Shown piece after piece: positions 48,078 to 59,508 of a stretch of DNA of 64,000 bases; positions within the stretch are counted from its first letter, which is position 1, and the number at the start of each line of letters is the position of its first letter. The notes under the pieces are model-generated. The model saw nothing but the letters and a program-made list of their open reading frames with translations, was not told the DNA's origin and did not search any database. The translations under genes were made by a program, and so were the position numbers. The stretch comes from Tagaea sp. (GTDB lineage: Bacteria; Pseudomonadota; Alphaproteobacteria; CACIAM-22H2), in assembly GCA_965279525.1 (NCBI GenBank), contig CBDIIB010000005.1, positions 32,001 through 96,000 of the forward strand. The letters run 5' to 3'.

Positions 48078-48136
48078 ACAGGACGGCGAAAGGCGGTTGT
48101 TCGCCGCCGCCGGCTCGCGCTAATGTCGGAGCCGTC

Positions 48137-49105
48137 ATGAAGAAAACGCTTTTCGCGGCCACCGCCCTTTCCGTCCTCGCCCTCTACACCGGCGACGCCT
48201 CGGCCCAGCAACAGCTGCGCCAGCCGCGCGCCAGCGTCGAGGTCGACTGGTCGGTCCTCGACGAGCTCAACACACCGGCGGCCGGCACGCCCGCCCTGCG
48301 CCCGCCGCGCGGCATGGCCAATGCCGGGCCGCGCACGCCGGCCGCACCGCTCGCGGCCAATTCCTCGCCCGCCATCCAGCGCGCACCGCTGGTCCCGCCG
48401 TCGGCCGCTGCCGGCTTCACGCCGCCGCCGCCGCCGCCGAGTTTCGCGGCGGCACCTGCCCCGGTCGCACCGCCCGCTCCGGCTGCGGCGACCACGCTTC
48501 CGCCGCCCCCGCCGATCGCCGCAGCCGCGCCGCCGCGCGCGGTCACCCCGCCACCGGCACCGCCGCCGGCACCGGCCCAGATGGCCAGCGCGCCGCCGCC
48601 CCCGCCGCCCCCTTCGGTGACGCAGTCGCCGCGTCCGCTGCCGCCGCCGGCCGCCGTTTCGGCACCGCCCCCGCCGCCGCCGGTCGTTGCCGCTCCGGCT
48701 GCACCGCCGCCGGCTCCCGCACCCGTCCAGGCCGCACCCGCCCCCGCTCCGGCCCCGCAGGTCGCCGCAGCGCCGCCCGCCGCGCGCGCCGCCGACGGAC
48801 CGATCGCGCGCCTCGCGTTCAATACCGGCTCGGCTGAGATCAACGAGGCGGGCAAGACCGCACTCGCCCCCGTCATCGCCGAACTGCAGCGCGACGCGAG
48901 TGCGCGCCTGCAGCTCCAGGCCTTTGCCAGCGGCGGCGACGACCAGGGCGGCCAGGCGCGCCGCCTGTCGCTGTCGCGCGCCCTCGCGGTGCGCGGCCAG
49001 CTGATCGAGCAGGGCATCGCCTCGACCCGCATGGACGTGCGTGCCCTTGGCCGCACGACCGACGGCCCGCCGGACCGCGTGGACATCGTCCTCGTACGCC
49101 GCTAG
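48137..49105 (+). CDS. Secreted Pro-rich protein with C-terminal OmpA-like domain
   Basis: Signal peptide, polyproline linker, RRLSLSRALAVR...DRVDI. Confidence 0.85.
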   Translation: MKKTLFAATALSVLALYTGDASAQQQLRQPRASVEVDWSVLDELNTPAAGTPALRPPRGMANAGPRTPAAPLAANSSPAIQRAPLVPPSAAAGFTPPPPPPSFAAAPAPVAPPAPAAATTLPPPPPIAAAAPPRAVTPPPAPPPAPAQMASAPPPPPPPSVTQSPRPLPPPAAVSAPPPPPPVVAAPAAPPPAPAPVQAAPAPAPAPQVAAAPPAARAADGPIARLAFNTGSAEINEAGKTALAPVIAELQRDASARLQLQAFASGGDDQGGQARRLSLSRALAVRGQLIEQGIASTRMDVRALGRTTDGPPDRVDIVLVRR

Positions 49106-49134
49106 CCCCAACTCGGCCGAAAGGACCGGACCGG

Positions 49135-50289
49135 ATGGACGCGATCATCGCACGCCCGACCCGTTTCCTGGTCCGCACGCTCCTGTTCCTCGCGGCGGTC
49201 GGCGGCGTCATCTATTTCCTGTTCGACGGCATCGTCGCGGCGTTCGAGCACCACATGGCGCTCAACGGCCTGATCGTCGGCGTGCTGCTGCTGGGCATCG
49301 CGTTCAATTTCCGCCAGATCCTTTCGCTCAACGCCGAGATCGCGTGGATCGAGAAGTTCCGCGCCAACCGCCCGTCGATCTCGAACGAGCGCGCCCCGCG
49401 CCTTCTCGCCCCGATGGTCAAGATGCTGGGCGAACGCACCGGGCGCTTCAGCCTGTCGCCGGTCTCGATGCGCTCGCTGCTCGACTCGATCGGCAGCCGC
49501 ATGGACGAGAGCCGCGACTTGTCGCGCTATCTCGTGGGGCTGCTCATCTTCCTCGGGCTGCTCGGCACGTTCTGGGGCCTCCTGCAGACGGTCGCCGCCG
49601 TCGGCGGCGTCATCGCAACGCTGTCGGCCTCGACCGACACGGCCTCGCTGTTCGCCGACCTGCAGAACGGCCTCAAGGCGCCGCTCGCCGGCATGGGAAC
49701 GGCCTTCGGCACGTCGCTGTTCGGCCTTGCAAGCTCGATCGTGCTCGGCTTCTGCGACCTGCAGGCGGGCCAGGCGCAGAACCGCTTCTACAACGACCTT
49801 GAAGAGTGGCTGTCGGCGCAGACGCGCCTGTCGTCGGGTTCGATCGGCGGCGGCGAGGGCGGCGACACGGTGCCGGCCTATATCCAGGCGCTGCTCGAGA
49901 CCACGGCCGACAATCTCGAGAACCTGCAGCGCACGATGGCGCGCACCGAGGACGGCCGCTCGGCCGCCAACCAGGCGAACCTGGCGCTCACCGAGAAGCT
50001 GGGCGCGCTCGCCGACCAGATGAAGGCCGAGCAGCAGCTGCTGCTGAAGCTCGCCGAAGGCCAGATGGAACTGCGCAACGTCATCGCCAAGCTCGCCGAC
50101 GCGCCCCGCGGCGGGGCCGGCGGCATGGACGAGGCGACGCGCATGCACATCCGCAACATGGATGCGGCCCTCTCGCGCATGGTCGAGGAATCCGGTTCCG
50201 GCCGCCTCCAGATGACGCAGGACATCCGCAACGAGATCCGGCTGTTGGCGCGCACCATCGCCAACCTCGCCGAAGAACCGCGGAGCTAG
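49135..50289 (+). CDS. MotA/TolQ/ExbB proton-channel family protein with long helical tail
   Basis: LIFLGLLGTFWGL and GMGTAFGTSLFGL transmembrane motifs. Confidence 0.85.
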   Translation: MDAIIARPTRFLVRTLLFLAAVGGVIYFLFDGIVAAFEHHMALNGLIVGVLLLGIAFNFRQILSLNAEIAWIEKFRANRPSISNERAPRLLAPMVKMLGERTGRFSLSPVSMRSLLDSIGSRMDESRDLSRYLVGLLIFLGLLGTFWGLLQTVAAVGGVIATLSASTDTASLFADLQNGLKAPLAGMGTAFGTSLFGLASSIVLGFCDLQAGQAQNRFYNDLEEWLSAQTRLSSGSIGGGEGGDTVPAYIQALLETTADNLENLQRTMARTEDGRSAANQANLALTEKLGALADQMKAEQQLLLKLAEGQMELRNVIAKLADAPRGGAGGMDEATRMHIRNMDAALSRMVEESGSGRLQMTQDIRNEIRLLARTIANLAEEPRS

Positions 50290-50293
50290 CGCC

Positions 50294-51424
50294 TTGCGCG
50301 GCGGCAACCGGCGCCACGTCCGCACGATCGACGTGTGGCCGGGCTTCGTCGACGCGCTGGCGACGCTCGTCATCGCGGTCGTGTTCGTGATGATGGTGTT
50401 CGCGGTCTTCCAGTTCTACCTGAAGGACGTCATCGCCGGGCGCGACGACCAGCTCGCGCGCGCCAGCGCCCAGCTCGCCGAACTTGCCAGCACGCTGGCG
50501 ATGGAGCGGCGCGAGCAGCGCGATCTCAACGAGCGCTTCCAGGCGCTCGTCGCCGAGATGCAGGCGACACTCGCCGAGCGCGAGCGCCTGCGCGGCGAGG
50601 CCGAAGCCGCCACCGCCCTGTCCGCCCAGCGCGCCAAGGAACTGGAAGACGCCAACAAGTCGATCGAGATCGACCGCGCGAAATTCGAGGTCCAGCTGCG
50701 CGAGCTGGAAGCGCTCGCCGCCATGCGTCTCGAGATGGAAAAGCGCCTCGCGGCGGCCGAGGAAACCGCCAGCAGCGAGCGCCAGCTGTCGAGCCAGGCA
50801 CAGGCGCAGGTGGCGCTGCTCAACCGCCAGACGGCCGAGCTGCGCGAGCAGCTGCGCCGGCTCGAAGCGCTGCTTTCGGAGTCCGAGAAGAAGTCGGCCG
50901 AATCCCAGGCGCAGATCGCCGATCTCGGCCGGCGTCTGAACCTGGCGCTGGCCAGCCGTGTCGAGGAGCTGTCGCGGTTCCGCTCCGAGTTTTTCGGCCG
51001 CCTGCGCGCGGCACTGGGCGACCGGGCGGAAGTGCGCATCGTCGGCGACCGGTTCGTGTTCCAGTCGGAAGTCCTGTTCGCGTCGGGTGCCGCGACGATC
51101 GAACTGGATGGCGGCCGCCAGCTCCAGCGGCTGGCCGACGTGCTGCGCGAGGTGACCTCGCGCATCCCCAAGGACGTGGACTGGGTGCTGCAGATCACCG
51201 GCCACACCGACCGCCGGCCCATCGCCACGCGCGAGTTCCCGTCCAACTGGGAGCTCTCGTCGGCGCGCGCCATCTCGGTCGTGCGTTTCCTGATGGCCAA
51301 TGGCCTGCCCGCCGAGCGCCTTCAGGCAGCCGGCATGGCCGAGTTCCAGCCGATCGACGATCGCGACGACGAGGTGGGCTGGCGGCGCAACCGGCGCATC
51401 GAGCTGCGCCTGACCAACCGCTGA
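50294..51424 (+). CDS. MotB/OmpA-family peptidoglycan-binding membrane protein
   Basis: WPGFVD TM aspartate, coiled coil, GHTD, SNWELSSARA, NRRIE. Confidence 0.88.
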   Translation: MRGGNRRHVRTIDVWPGFVDALATLVIAVVFVMMVFAVFQFYLKDVIAGRDDQLARASAQLAELASTLAMERREQRDLNERFQALVAEMQATLAERERLRGEAEAATALSAQRAKELEDANKSIEIDRAKFEVQLRELEALAAMRLEMEKRLAAAEETASSERQLSSQAQAQVALLNRQTAELREQLRRLEALLSESEKKSAESQAQIADLGRRLNLALASRVEELSRFRSEFFGRLRAALGDRAEVRIVGDRFVFQSEVLFASGAATIELDGGRQLQRLADVLREVTSRIPKDVDWVLQITGHTDRRPIATREFPSNWELSSARAISVVRFLMANGLPAERLQAAGMAEFQPIDDRDDEVGWRRNRRIELRLTNR

Positions 51425-51431
51425 GACGAAA

Positions 51432-52483
51432 CTAGCAGTTCCCGCCGGCAAGTGCGGCACGGCCGCACGCACTGCCCAGCAGGTCGCCCAGTGTCGAGCC
51501 ACCGCCGCGCACGACGACGACGCGCTGGGCGGACGCCGGTTCGCCGGCCACCGCCGCCACATGGCGCAGATAGAGCTCGGCACGGTCGAGACGGTTGCGC
51601 CCCTGGGCGCGCGCCTCGCAGCTGCGGTCGGACGATTCGGCATCCTTGTCGCCGATCAGGTAGACGACCTCGCGCGGCGCGTAGGATTTGGCGAGCTGGG
51701 CGCCGCTGCGACCGAACGCATAGACGGCCGGCAGTGCCGAGCCGAAGGGCCACTGGTTGAAGCCGACGCACTTCTCGCGCTCGAAGGGCGCGAACCCGTC
51801 CTCGCCGCGCCCCGGGCGCTTCTCGTCGAAATAGAGGAACGTGTCGGCCGCCGCGACGACGAAGCGCAGCTTGATGCCAGCCCCGTCGGGGGCGGCGAAC
51901 CCCTTGCCGCTCGCGGCATAGAGCTGGGCCGTGCGCGCGCTCTGCCCGTGGCCGACCAGCACGATCTCGCCGAGGTCGGGGAAAATCGCGCGATCGGACA
52001 GATAGAGAAGCAGCGCATCGAGCACGGCGAAGCTCGACACGAGCGCACCGGAGTCGCGCGGGCTCGACGGGCGCGAATTGCCGCCGTCGCGCCAGCCTTC
52101 CAGCGTCCAGCGCGCGAAGTCGGGGCCGAGCCCGTGCTTCTCGGCATCCTGTGCGGCAAGGAACTGGGGCACGAGGATGATCGACTCCCCGCCGCCACCC
52201 GTGACCTGGCGGAGCGCGTCGAACACGGCACCGGCGTTGCGCGCGACATCCTGGATGCCGATCACCGCGCGCTTCACGCCGGCATGCGGGTCGACGAGCT
52301 TCCGGTCGGCGAAGACCGGCAGCAGGGCGGAAGCCCCGCCGTCGACCGGGACCGCGAAATCCTGGTCGGAAATGCGGTCGATGGCACGCAGCAGCAGCGG
52401 ATTGGTGCCGCGCAGCGGCTGGTCGGAGCCGCACGCCGACAAGGCGAGGCCAAGGGAGACCAGCACGGCCGCAAACGTCGCTT

Positions 52484-52487
<4 letters not shown>
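51432..52487 (-). CDS. Alpha/beta-hydrolase-fold lipoprotein, catalytic residues apparently degenerate
   Basis: Lipobox LSAC; PQFL, SSFAVLD, VGHGQS, CEARAQG.NRLDR. Confidence 0.75.
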
Positions 52488-54325
<1,838 letters not shown>

Positions 54326-54345
54326 CGTGGCTGCGGTCCGTTCCT

Positions 54346-54675
54346 TCAGGCGATCGAGACCGGCCGGCCGGTCGCCTGGGCGAGATCGGCGGCAAGTCTG
54401 GTTTCGAGAATGTCGGGGCTGCGCGTCGAACGCCAGCAGCCGGCGTCCTTGTCCCATGCGTAGTGTGCCGCTCCCGACACCGGCGAGGATACCCAGATCT
54501 GCCGGGTCGGCGCGTGCCTGTTGATGACGAACTGCCCGCCGGCGGCCAGCCCGATCGTCAGGATGCCGCCGCGGAGTTCGATCTCGGGGTCGTCGTCCGC
54601 CAGCGCGCGCTCGACCGCGTCCTGCAGCCGCTGCAGCGTGCGCTCGGCCTCGGCGGCGAATTCGCGATCGTCCAT
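54346..54675 (-). CDS. cyaY: Iron donor protein CyaY (frataxin)
   Basis: GILTI...[24 protein letters not shown]. Confidence 0.9.
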   Translation of the reverse strand: MDDREFAAEAERTLQRLQDAVERALADDDPEIELRGGILTIGLAAGGQFVINRHAPTRQIWVSSPVSGAAHYAWDKDAGCWRSTRSPDILETRLAADLAQATGRPVSIA

Positions 54676-54855
54676 CGGCAGCAAAACTCCGGGAAAAATC
54701 AATGCGTTCTGCGCTTTAGCACGGGCAGCCGCAAAGGTCGAGAGGCTGGGTCGGGTCGGCTTGCACGCGCGCCCGCAAGCCTGTATAAGCCCCGCTCTTG
54801 CCAAGGCGCCGCATGTGGCCGCCTGGCGACCGATTGGGAAATCCCGGAGCGCGCG

Positions 54856-55179
54856 ATGAAGGCCCAGATCCACCCCGCCTACCACGAAATCAACGTCGTG
54901 ATGACCGACGGCACCCAGTTCAAGACCCGTTCGACGATGGGCAAGCCGGGCGACACGCTGCGCCTCGACATCGACCCGAAGACGCACCCGGCCTGGACCG
55001 GCCAGCAGCGCATGATGGACACCGGCGGCCAGGTCGCCAAGTTCAACAAGCGCTTCGCGGGTCTCGGCATCAAGGCCGCGCCGACCGGCGAAGGCACGGC
55101 TGCCGCAGCGTCGGGCGCTCCCGCGACCGCAGCACCGGCGAAGGCTGCTGCTCCGGCAAAGGCCGCCGCGAAGAAGTAA
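54856..55179 (+). CDS. rpmE: 50S ribosomal protein L31 (Cys-less) with Ala/Lys tail
   Basis: [10 protein letters not shown]...[13 protein letters not shown]...KFNKRF. Confidence 0.95.
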   Translation: MKAQIHPAYHEINVVMTDGTQFKTRSTMGKPGDTLRLDIDPKTHPAWTGQQRMMDTGGQVAKFNKRFAGLGIKAAPTGEGTAAAASGAPATAAPAKAAAPAKAAAKK

Positions 55180-55211
55180 TCCCGCTTTCCGCCTCCGGGC
55201 GGTCGGCAGAA

Positions 55212-55249
55212 GACGGGCGCTCCGGAAACGGGGCGCCCGTTTTGCTTTT
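55212..55249 (+). terminator. Intrinsic terminator after rpmE
   Basis: GACGGGCGCTCCG-GAAA-CGGGGCGCCCGTT then TTGCTTTT. Confidence 0.7.
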
Positions 55250-55671
55250 CAGGTGCCGAGCTGGCTGTCGAGGCGTGCCACGCGCTCGAACAGCCGGCGG
55301 CTCTGGCCCATCAGGTCGCCGAGCTTCTGGCTCGTGCGCGCGACCCGCGCGTCGGTGTCGGCAAGGCAAAGATCGTGCGCACCCAGACGGAAGCGCTCGT
55401 CGCGCACCTCGTCGCGCGACAGTTCGCCCGCCGCCACCGCCTTCTGGGCCAGCAGCCAGGCCATGATCTGGGCCAGGCGCGTCGTCAGGCGCATCGCCTC
55501 GCAGTTCATGTGCAGCCGTTCGTCGGGGTCGGTCTGGAAGGGCTCGCCCGGCTGGACATTGGCCACGTAATGGCGCGCCGACAGCAGCAGGCTCATCGTC
55601 TCGTCGTATGTCCGTCCGAAGAACGGGGCGATCCGCTCGAGCGGACCGCCGCCTGTGTCGGTCAGGGTCAC
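55249..55671 (-). CDS. rcdA: RcdA/DUF1465 ClpXP adaptor family protein
   Basis: FFGRTYDETMSLL...EAMRLTTRLAQIMAWLL.QKAV..GE...LFERVARLD; GTG start after GAAGGAG. Confidence 0.85.
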   Translation of the reverse strand: MTLTDTGGGPLERIAPFFGRTYDETMSLLLSARHYVANVQPGEPFQTDPDERLHMNCEAMRLTTRLAQIMAWLLAQKAVAAGELSRDEVRDERFRLGAHDLCLADTDARVARTSQKLGDLMGQSRRLFERVARLDSQLGT

Positions 55672-55747
55672 TTGCGAAACTCCTTCGAGCCCAAGTTTCG
55701 GGGCGGACTCGGGAAAACGCAAATGCGTTTTTTACGCATGTGGGGGA

Positions 55748-55775
55748 CTTGAACCGGCCGGCAGGACGCCTAAAT
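55748..55775 (+). promoter_or_regulatory. RpoH (sigma32)-type promoter
   Basis: CTTGAA-N15-CCTAAAT upstream of Hsp20 gene. Confidence 0.7.
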
Positions 55776-55822
55776 CGGGGTGGTCCGACGGTGCCCATCC
55801 GGGGCCGGCGGCATCAACCACA

Positions 55823-55853
55823 GTCCCATCGCTCAAAGGAGGATAGGATCATG
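55823..55853 (+). promoter_or_regulatory. Putative ROSE-like RNA thermometer hairpin
   Basis: TCGCT motif just 5' of AGGAGGA Shine-Dalgarno of a small heat-shock gene. Confidence 0.5.
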
Positions 55854-56309
55854 AACCACTTCGATTTTTCGCCGCTTTTCCGCTCCAGCATCGGCTTCGA
55901 CCGCCTTTCGCGCCTGATCGACGAATCGATGCGCGGCGCCGAGCAGGTCGGCTATCCGCCGTACAACATCGAGAAGACCGGCGAGAACGACTATCGCATC
56001 GCGATGGCCGTGGCCGGTTTCGGCGCCGACGAGATCACGCTCGTCCAGCAGGAGAACACGCTCGTGATCGCCGGCCAGAAGAAGGACGGCGATGCCGCCG
56101 GCAGTGCCTTCCTCCATCGCGGCATCGCGCAGCGCAGCTTCGAGCGCCGCTTCCAGCTCGCGGATTTCATCCGCGTGTCGGCGGCACGCCTCGAGAACGG
56201 CCTGCTCTTCGTCGAACTCGTCCGCGAGGTGCCCGAAGCGATGAAGCCGCGGCGCATCACGATCGAGACCGGCACGCGCCCGCACGTGCTCGAGGCGAAG
56301 GCCGCCTGA
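55851..56309 (+). CDS. ibpA: Small heat shock protein (Hsp20/IbpA family)
   Basis: DFSPLFRSSIGFDR, YPPYNIE, AVAGF, HRGIA.R.F, NGLL, KPRRI.I. Confidence 0.95.
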   Translation: MNHFDFSPLFRSSIGFDRLSRLIDESMRGAEQVGYPPYNIEKTGENDYRIAMAVAGFGADEITLVQQENTLVIAGQKKDGDAAGSAFLHRGIAQRSFERRFQLADFIRVSAARLENGLLFVELVREVPEAMKPRRITIETGTRPHVLEAKAA

Positions 56310-56390
56310 CGGAAAGCAACTGACGAAGCTCCGCCCGCCCCGGCGACCGCCGGCGGCGGGCGGACGCGCTTGCGCGCCAAGAGGGCGCGT

Positions 56391-57860
56391 TTATGCCCGG
56401 AAATGCGCCTTGATGCGCTGGCGCACGTGCGGATCGGCGCAGGTATAGCGGGCACCGACAAGACCGTCGGCGAAGCGCACGATCTCGAGGTCGGCCTCGA
56501 AACCCATCGAGATATAGCCGTTGCGCAGCATCACGGTCGCCTTCATGTGCTGGCCGGGCTGGGCCAGGCCGGCGAAGGGGCCGAACATGACGCCGGTCTC
56601 GCTCCAGTTGCGCAGCGGCACGCGCTGGCCGCTGATGAGCACGCGGTCTTCGGGCCCGGCGATGCTGCGTGGCGCGATCCGCCGCTCGCCCGCCGATGAC
56701 AGGTCCGCGAAGGCCGTCGCCGCGATCTCGCGGAAGCGCTGGCGCTTGGCATCGGAAAGCTGCGAGGTCGCCATGGCCTGCGAGACCTGTGCGGCGAGGC
56801 CGCGCTTCTCGTCGTGCGCCATGCCGGGGACGTAGAAGTCGCTCTTGAACTCCTGGTTCTCGACCAGACCGTCGATCGTCGCGGCGATATACTTGCGCGC
56901 GTTCGGGTCCTCGATGTCGGCATGCAGGCCGAGCAGGACCAGCAGCTTGCGCCCGATGCCGATCTCGCGCGCGATCAGCGGATTGAGGCTCTCAGGCGCC
57001 GTCAGACGGGTCAGCCGGCGCGACAGGTTGTCGGCGAGATCCTTGTCGGCATCCAGCAACGGCAGCGACGAGACCTTGCGGCGCAGGTCGCGCGTCGAGT
57101 TGAGCTCGAGCGTCGGATCGCGCTTGGCAAGCGAGGCCGGCCCCGTGATCGCGCCGTTCAGGATCTCGACGGTCGCCCGGTCGACGAAGGGCATGTCGCG
57201 CCCGGCCTTGCGCGCCACCAGCCCCGATACGAAAGCGGAATTGCCGCTCGCGGCAGACGCCGCATCCCCGGCAAGCGCCAGGCACGCGCGCACCATCACC
57301 GCCAGATTGTCCGCCGGCCCGACAAGTGCGGTGCAGGACGGCTTCATGCGCAGCAGCTCGGCAAGCGTCTGGTCGATCAACGCGATGCAGGCCGGATTGT
57401 GCACGCCGTCGAGCAGTTCGAGACACTTGTTGGCGCGCAGCAGCCAATTGCCGCCGCCGAGGGCAGAAAAAATTGCGGCCAAGGCGATTCCGGCGCGAAC
57501 CGGGCCAAGGCCGGGATCGGAGGCCGCCAGCCGGTCCAGGGCAACCGCATCGGCGGCGTGCGCGTCCGGCAGGCCTTTGGCCTCGGCCTCGACCAGACGC
57601 ATCGCGCCATCGACAAGCTCGAGGGTCTGGCGCATGCGTTCGGCGACGGGGTTCTTGAGCTGCTGGCCCTGCAGGATGGCCACCCGCTGGACGTATTCTT
57701 GGAATTTTGTCCCTGAATTCAGGATCTTGCGATGCTCGCGCGGGTCGAAGGCAAGCTCGGTCGCGGTGATCCGGACCTGATCCAGATAGGGCAGCGCCAC
57801 GCGGAACAGGGTTTCGCGCGCGGCGGGCTCGAGAGCTTCAACAGGTTTCGTGCAGAACAT
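56391..57860 (-). CDS. Helical protein with C-terminal PilZ domain (paralog 2)
   Basis: RRIAPR and NWSETG (RxxxR, NxSxxG) motifs. Confidence 0.8.
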   Translation of the reverse strand: MFCTKPVEALEPAARETLFRVALPYLDQVRITATELAFDPREHRKILNSGTKFQEYVQRVAILQGQQLKNPVAERMRQTLELVDGAMRLVEAEAKGLPDAHAADAVALDRLAASDPGLGPVRAGIALAAIFSALGGGNWLLRANKCLELLDGVHNPACIALIDQTLAELLRMKPSCTALVGPADNLAVMVRACLALAGDAASAASGNSAFVSGLVARKAGRDMPFVDRATVEILNGAITGPASLAKRDPTLELNSTRDLRRKVSSLPLLDADKDLADNLSRRLTRLTAPESLNPLIAREIGIGRKLLVLLGLHADIEDPNARKYIAATIDGLVENQEFKSDFYVPGMAHDEKRGLAAQVSQAMATSQLSDAKRQRFREIAATAFADLSSAGERRIAPRSIAGPEDRVLISGQRVPLRNWSETGVMFGPFAGLAQPGQHMKATVMLRNGYISMGFEADLEIVRFADGLVGARYTCADPHVRQRIKAHFRA

Positions 57861-57949
57861 GATCCGTCCCGGTCATACAACCAAGACGGCAAAATAGCCT
57901 CCCTTCGTAAATAAATTGTATGCAATTCGGAAGTTTGACCGGAGACCGG

Positions 57950-59428
57950 TCAGGCGCGGAAATGCGCCTTGATGCGCTGGCGGGTCTGCGGATCCTGACA
58001 GTTGTAGCGCGCCCCGACGAGCCCGTCGGTCTGGCGGACGATCTCGATCTCGGCCTCGAAGCCCATCGAGATATAGGCGTTGCGCAGCATGATCGTCGCG
58101 CGCATGCGCTGTCCCGGTGCGATGAGGCCGTTATAGGGACCGAACATCAGCCCGGTCTCGCTCCAGTTGCGCAACGGCACACGCACGCCGCCGAGCTGCA
58201 CGCGGTCTTCCGGCCCCGCGATCGACCGCGGCGAAATGCGCCGGTCGCCGGTTTCGCCCAGCGAGGCGAACGTCGTCGTCACCACCGCCAGGTAGCGCTG
58301 GCGCTTGATGTCGATGAGATCGGCATTGTTGATCGACTGGCTGACCTGGGCGACCAGCGCGCGCTTCTCGTCGTGGCTCATGCCGGGGACGAAGAACTCG
58401 TCCTTGAACTCGCGCGAGTCGACGAGTTGGTCGAGATGGGTGACGAGATGCTTGCGCGCACCCTCGTCGCCGATCTCGCAGTGCAGGCCGAGGAGGAGGA
58501 TCGCCTTGCGGCCCGCCCCGATCTCGCGCGCCACCAGCGGCTCGAGCAGTTCGGGCGCCACGAGCCGCGACATGCGCCGCGCAAGGATCTCCTGCAGCTC
58601 GCGGTCGGCGACGAGCCGGGGGAGCTTGGTGATGCGGTCGCGATAGCCGCGCGTCGTCTTGATCTCCTGCGTGGGATCGCGCTTGGCGATCGCCGTCGGG
58701 CTCGCGAGCACGCCCTTGAGGACCTCGATGGCCGCCGCGACGGTCAGCGGCGTCGCGTTGCCCTTCTGGCGTGCGACGAGCGCCTGGATGAAGGGCGGAT
58801 TGTTCATGGCATTGGTCGCCTCGGGATCGCCGGCGATGGCAAGGCACGCCCGGATGATCAGCGTGAGATTCTCGGCCGGGCCGATCAGGATCGCGGACGC
58901 CGGCTTGAGGCGCACGAGTTCGGCCAGCGTCTGGTCGATGAGTTCGAGTGCCGCGGGATGCGTCGCCTTGTCGAGGAACGCGATGCACCGGTTTGCCTTG
59001 CCGATCCAGTCGCCCGGACCCGAGCCGGACGTGGCGAGCGTCAGGGCAAGCGCGGTGCCGGCCCGGATGGGTCCGCGCACCGGATCGCTGCCCGCCAGCC
59101 TGTCGAGGGCCGCCGCGTCGATCTCCGCCAGCGGCGGAAGCTCGCGCGTCGCCTGTTCGACCTCGCGCATCGCCTCGTCGACGATGTCGATGATCTGGCG
59201 CACGCGGTCGGTCACCGACTTCTTCAGCGCCTGGCCCTGCAGGATCGCCACGCGCTGGACGAACTCCTGGAAGCGCATGCCGGCGTTCAGCAGCTTTCGT
59301 TGTTCGCGCGGGTCGAAGGCAAGCTCGGTCGCCGTGATGCGCGCATGCTCGAGATGCGGCTGTGCGACGCGAAAGAGCGTCTCGCGCGCCGCCAGCTCCA
59401 GGGATTCAAATGCATTGAGACAGAACAT
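57950..59428 (-). CDS. Helical protein with C-terminal PilZ domain (paralog 1)
   Basis: RRISPR and NWSETG motifs; colinear with neighbouring paralog. Confidence 0.8.
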   Translation of the reverse strand: MFCLNAFESLELAARETLFRVAQPHLEHARITATELAFDPREQRKLLNAGMRFQEFVQRVAILQGQALKKSVTDRVRQIIDIVDEAMREVEQATRELPPLAEIDAAALDRLAGSDPVRGPIRAGTALALTLATSGSGPGDWIGKANRCIAFLDKATHPAALELIDQTLAELVRLKPASAILIGPAENLTLIIRACLAIAGDPEATNAMNNPPFIQALVARQKGNATPLTVAAAIEVLKGVLASPTAIAKRDPTQEIKTTRGYRDRITKLPRLVADRELQEILARRMSRLVAPELLEPLVAREIGAGRKAILLLGLHCEIGDEGARKHLVTHLDQLVDSREFKDEFFVPGMSHDEKRALVAQVSQSINNADLIDIKRQRYLAVVTTTFASLGETGDRRISPRSIAGPEDRVQLGGVRVPLRNWSETGLMFGPYNGLIAPGQRMRATIMLRNAYISMGFEAEIEIVRQTDGLVGARYNCQDPQTRQRIKAHFRA

Positions 59429-59508
59429 TCCGGTTCTCCGCAGAAATTTTCGGAGGAGAACTTACCGGTTGCTTCGTAAAAAAATAGACAATTCTGTACA
59501 GCAAAATT

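Noticed and set aside
48410-48790. CCG/GCC microsatellite-like repeats
   Set aside because: Explained by proline and alanine codons of the OmpA protein linker.
49135-51424. Zorya defence system
   Set aside because: No zorC/D/E or nuclease; core-gene context and host-like composition.
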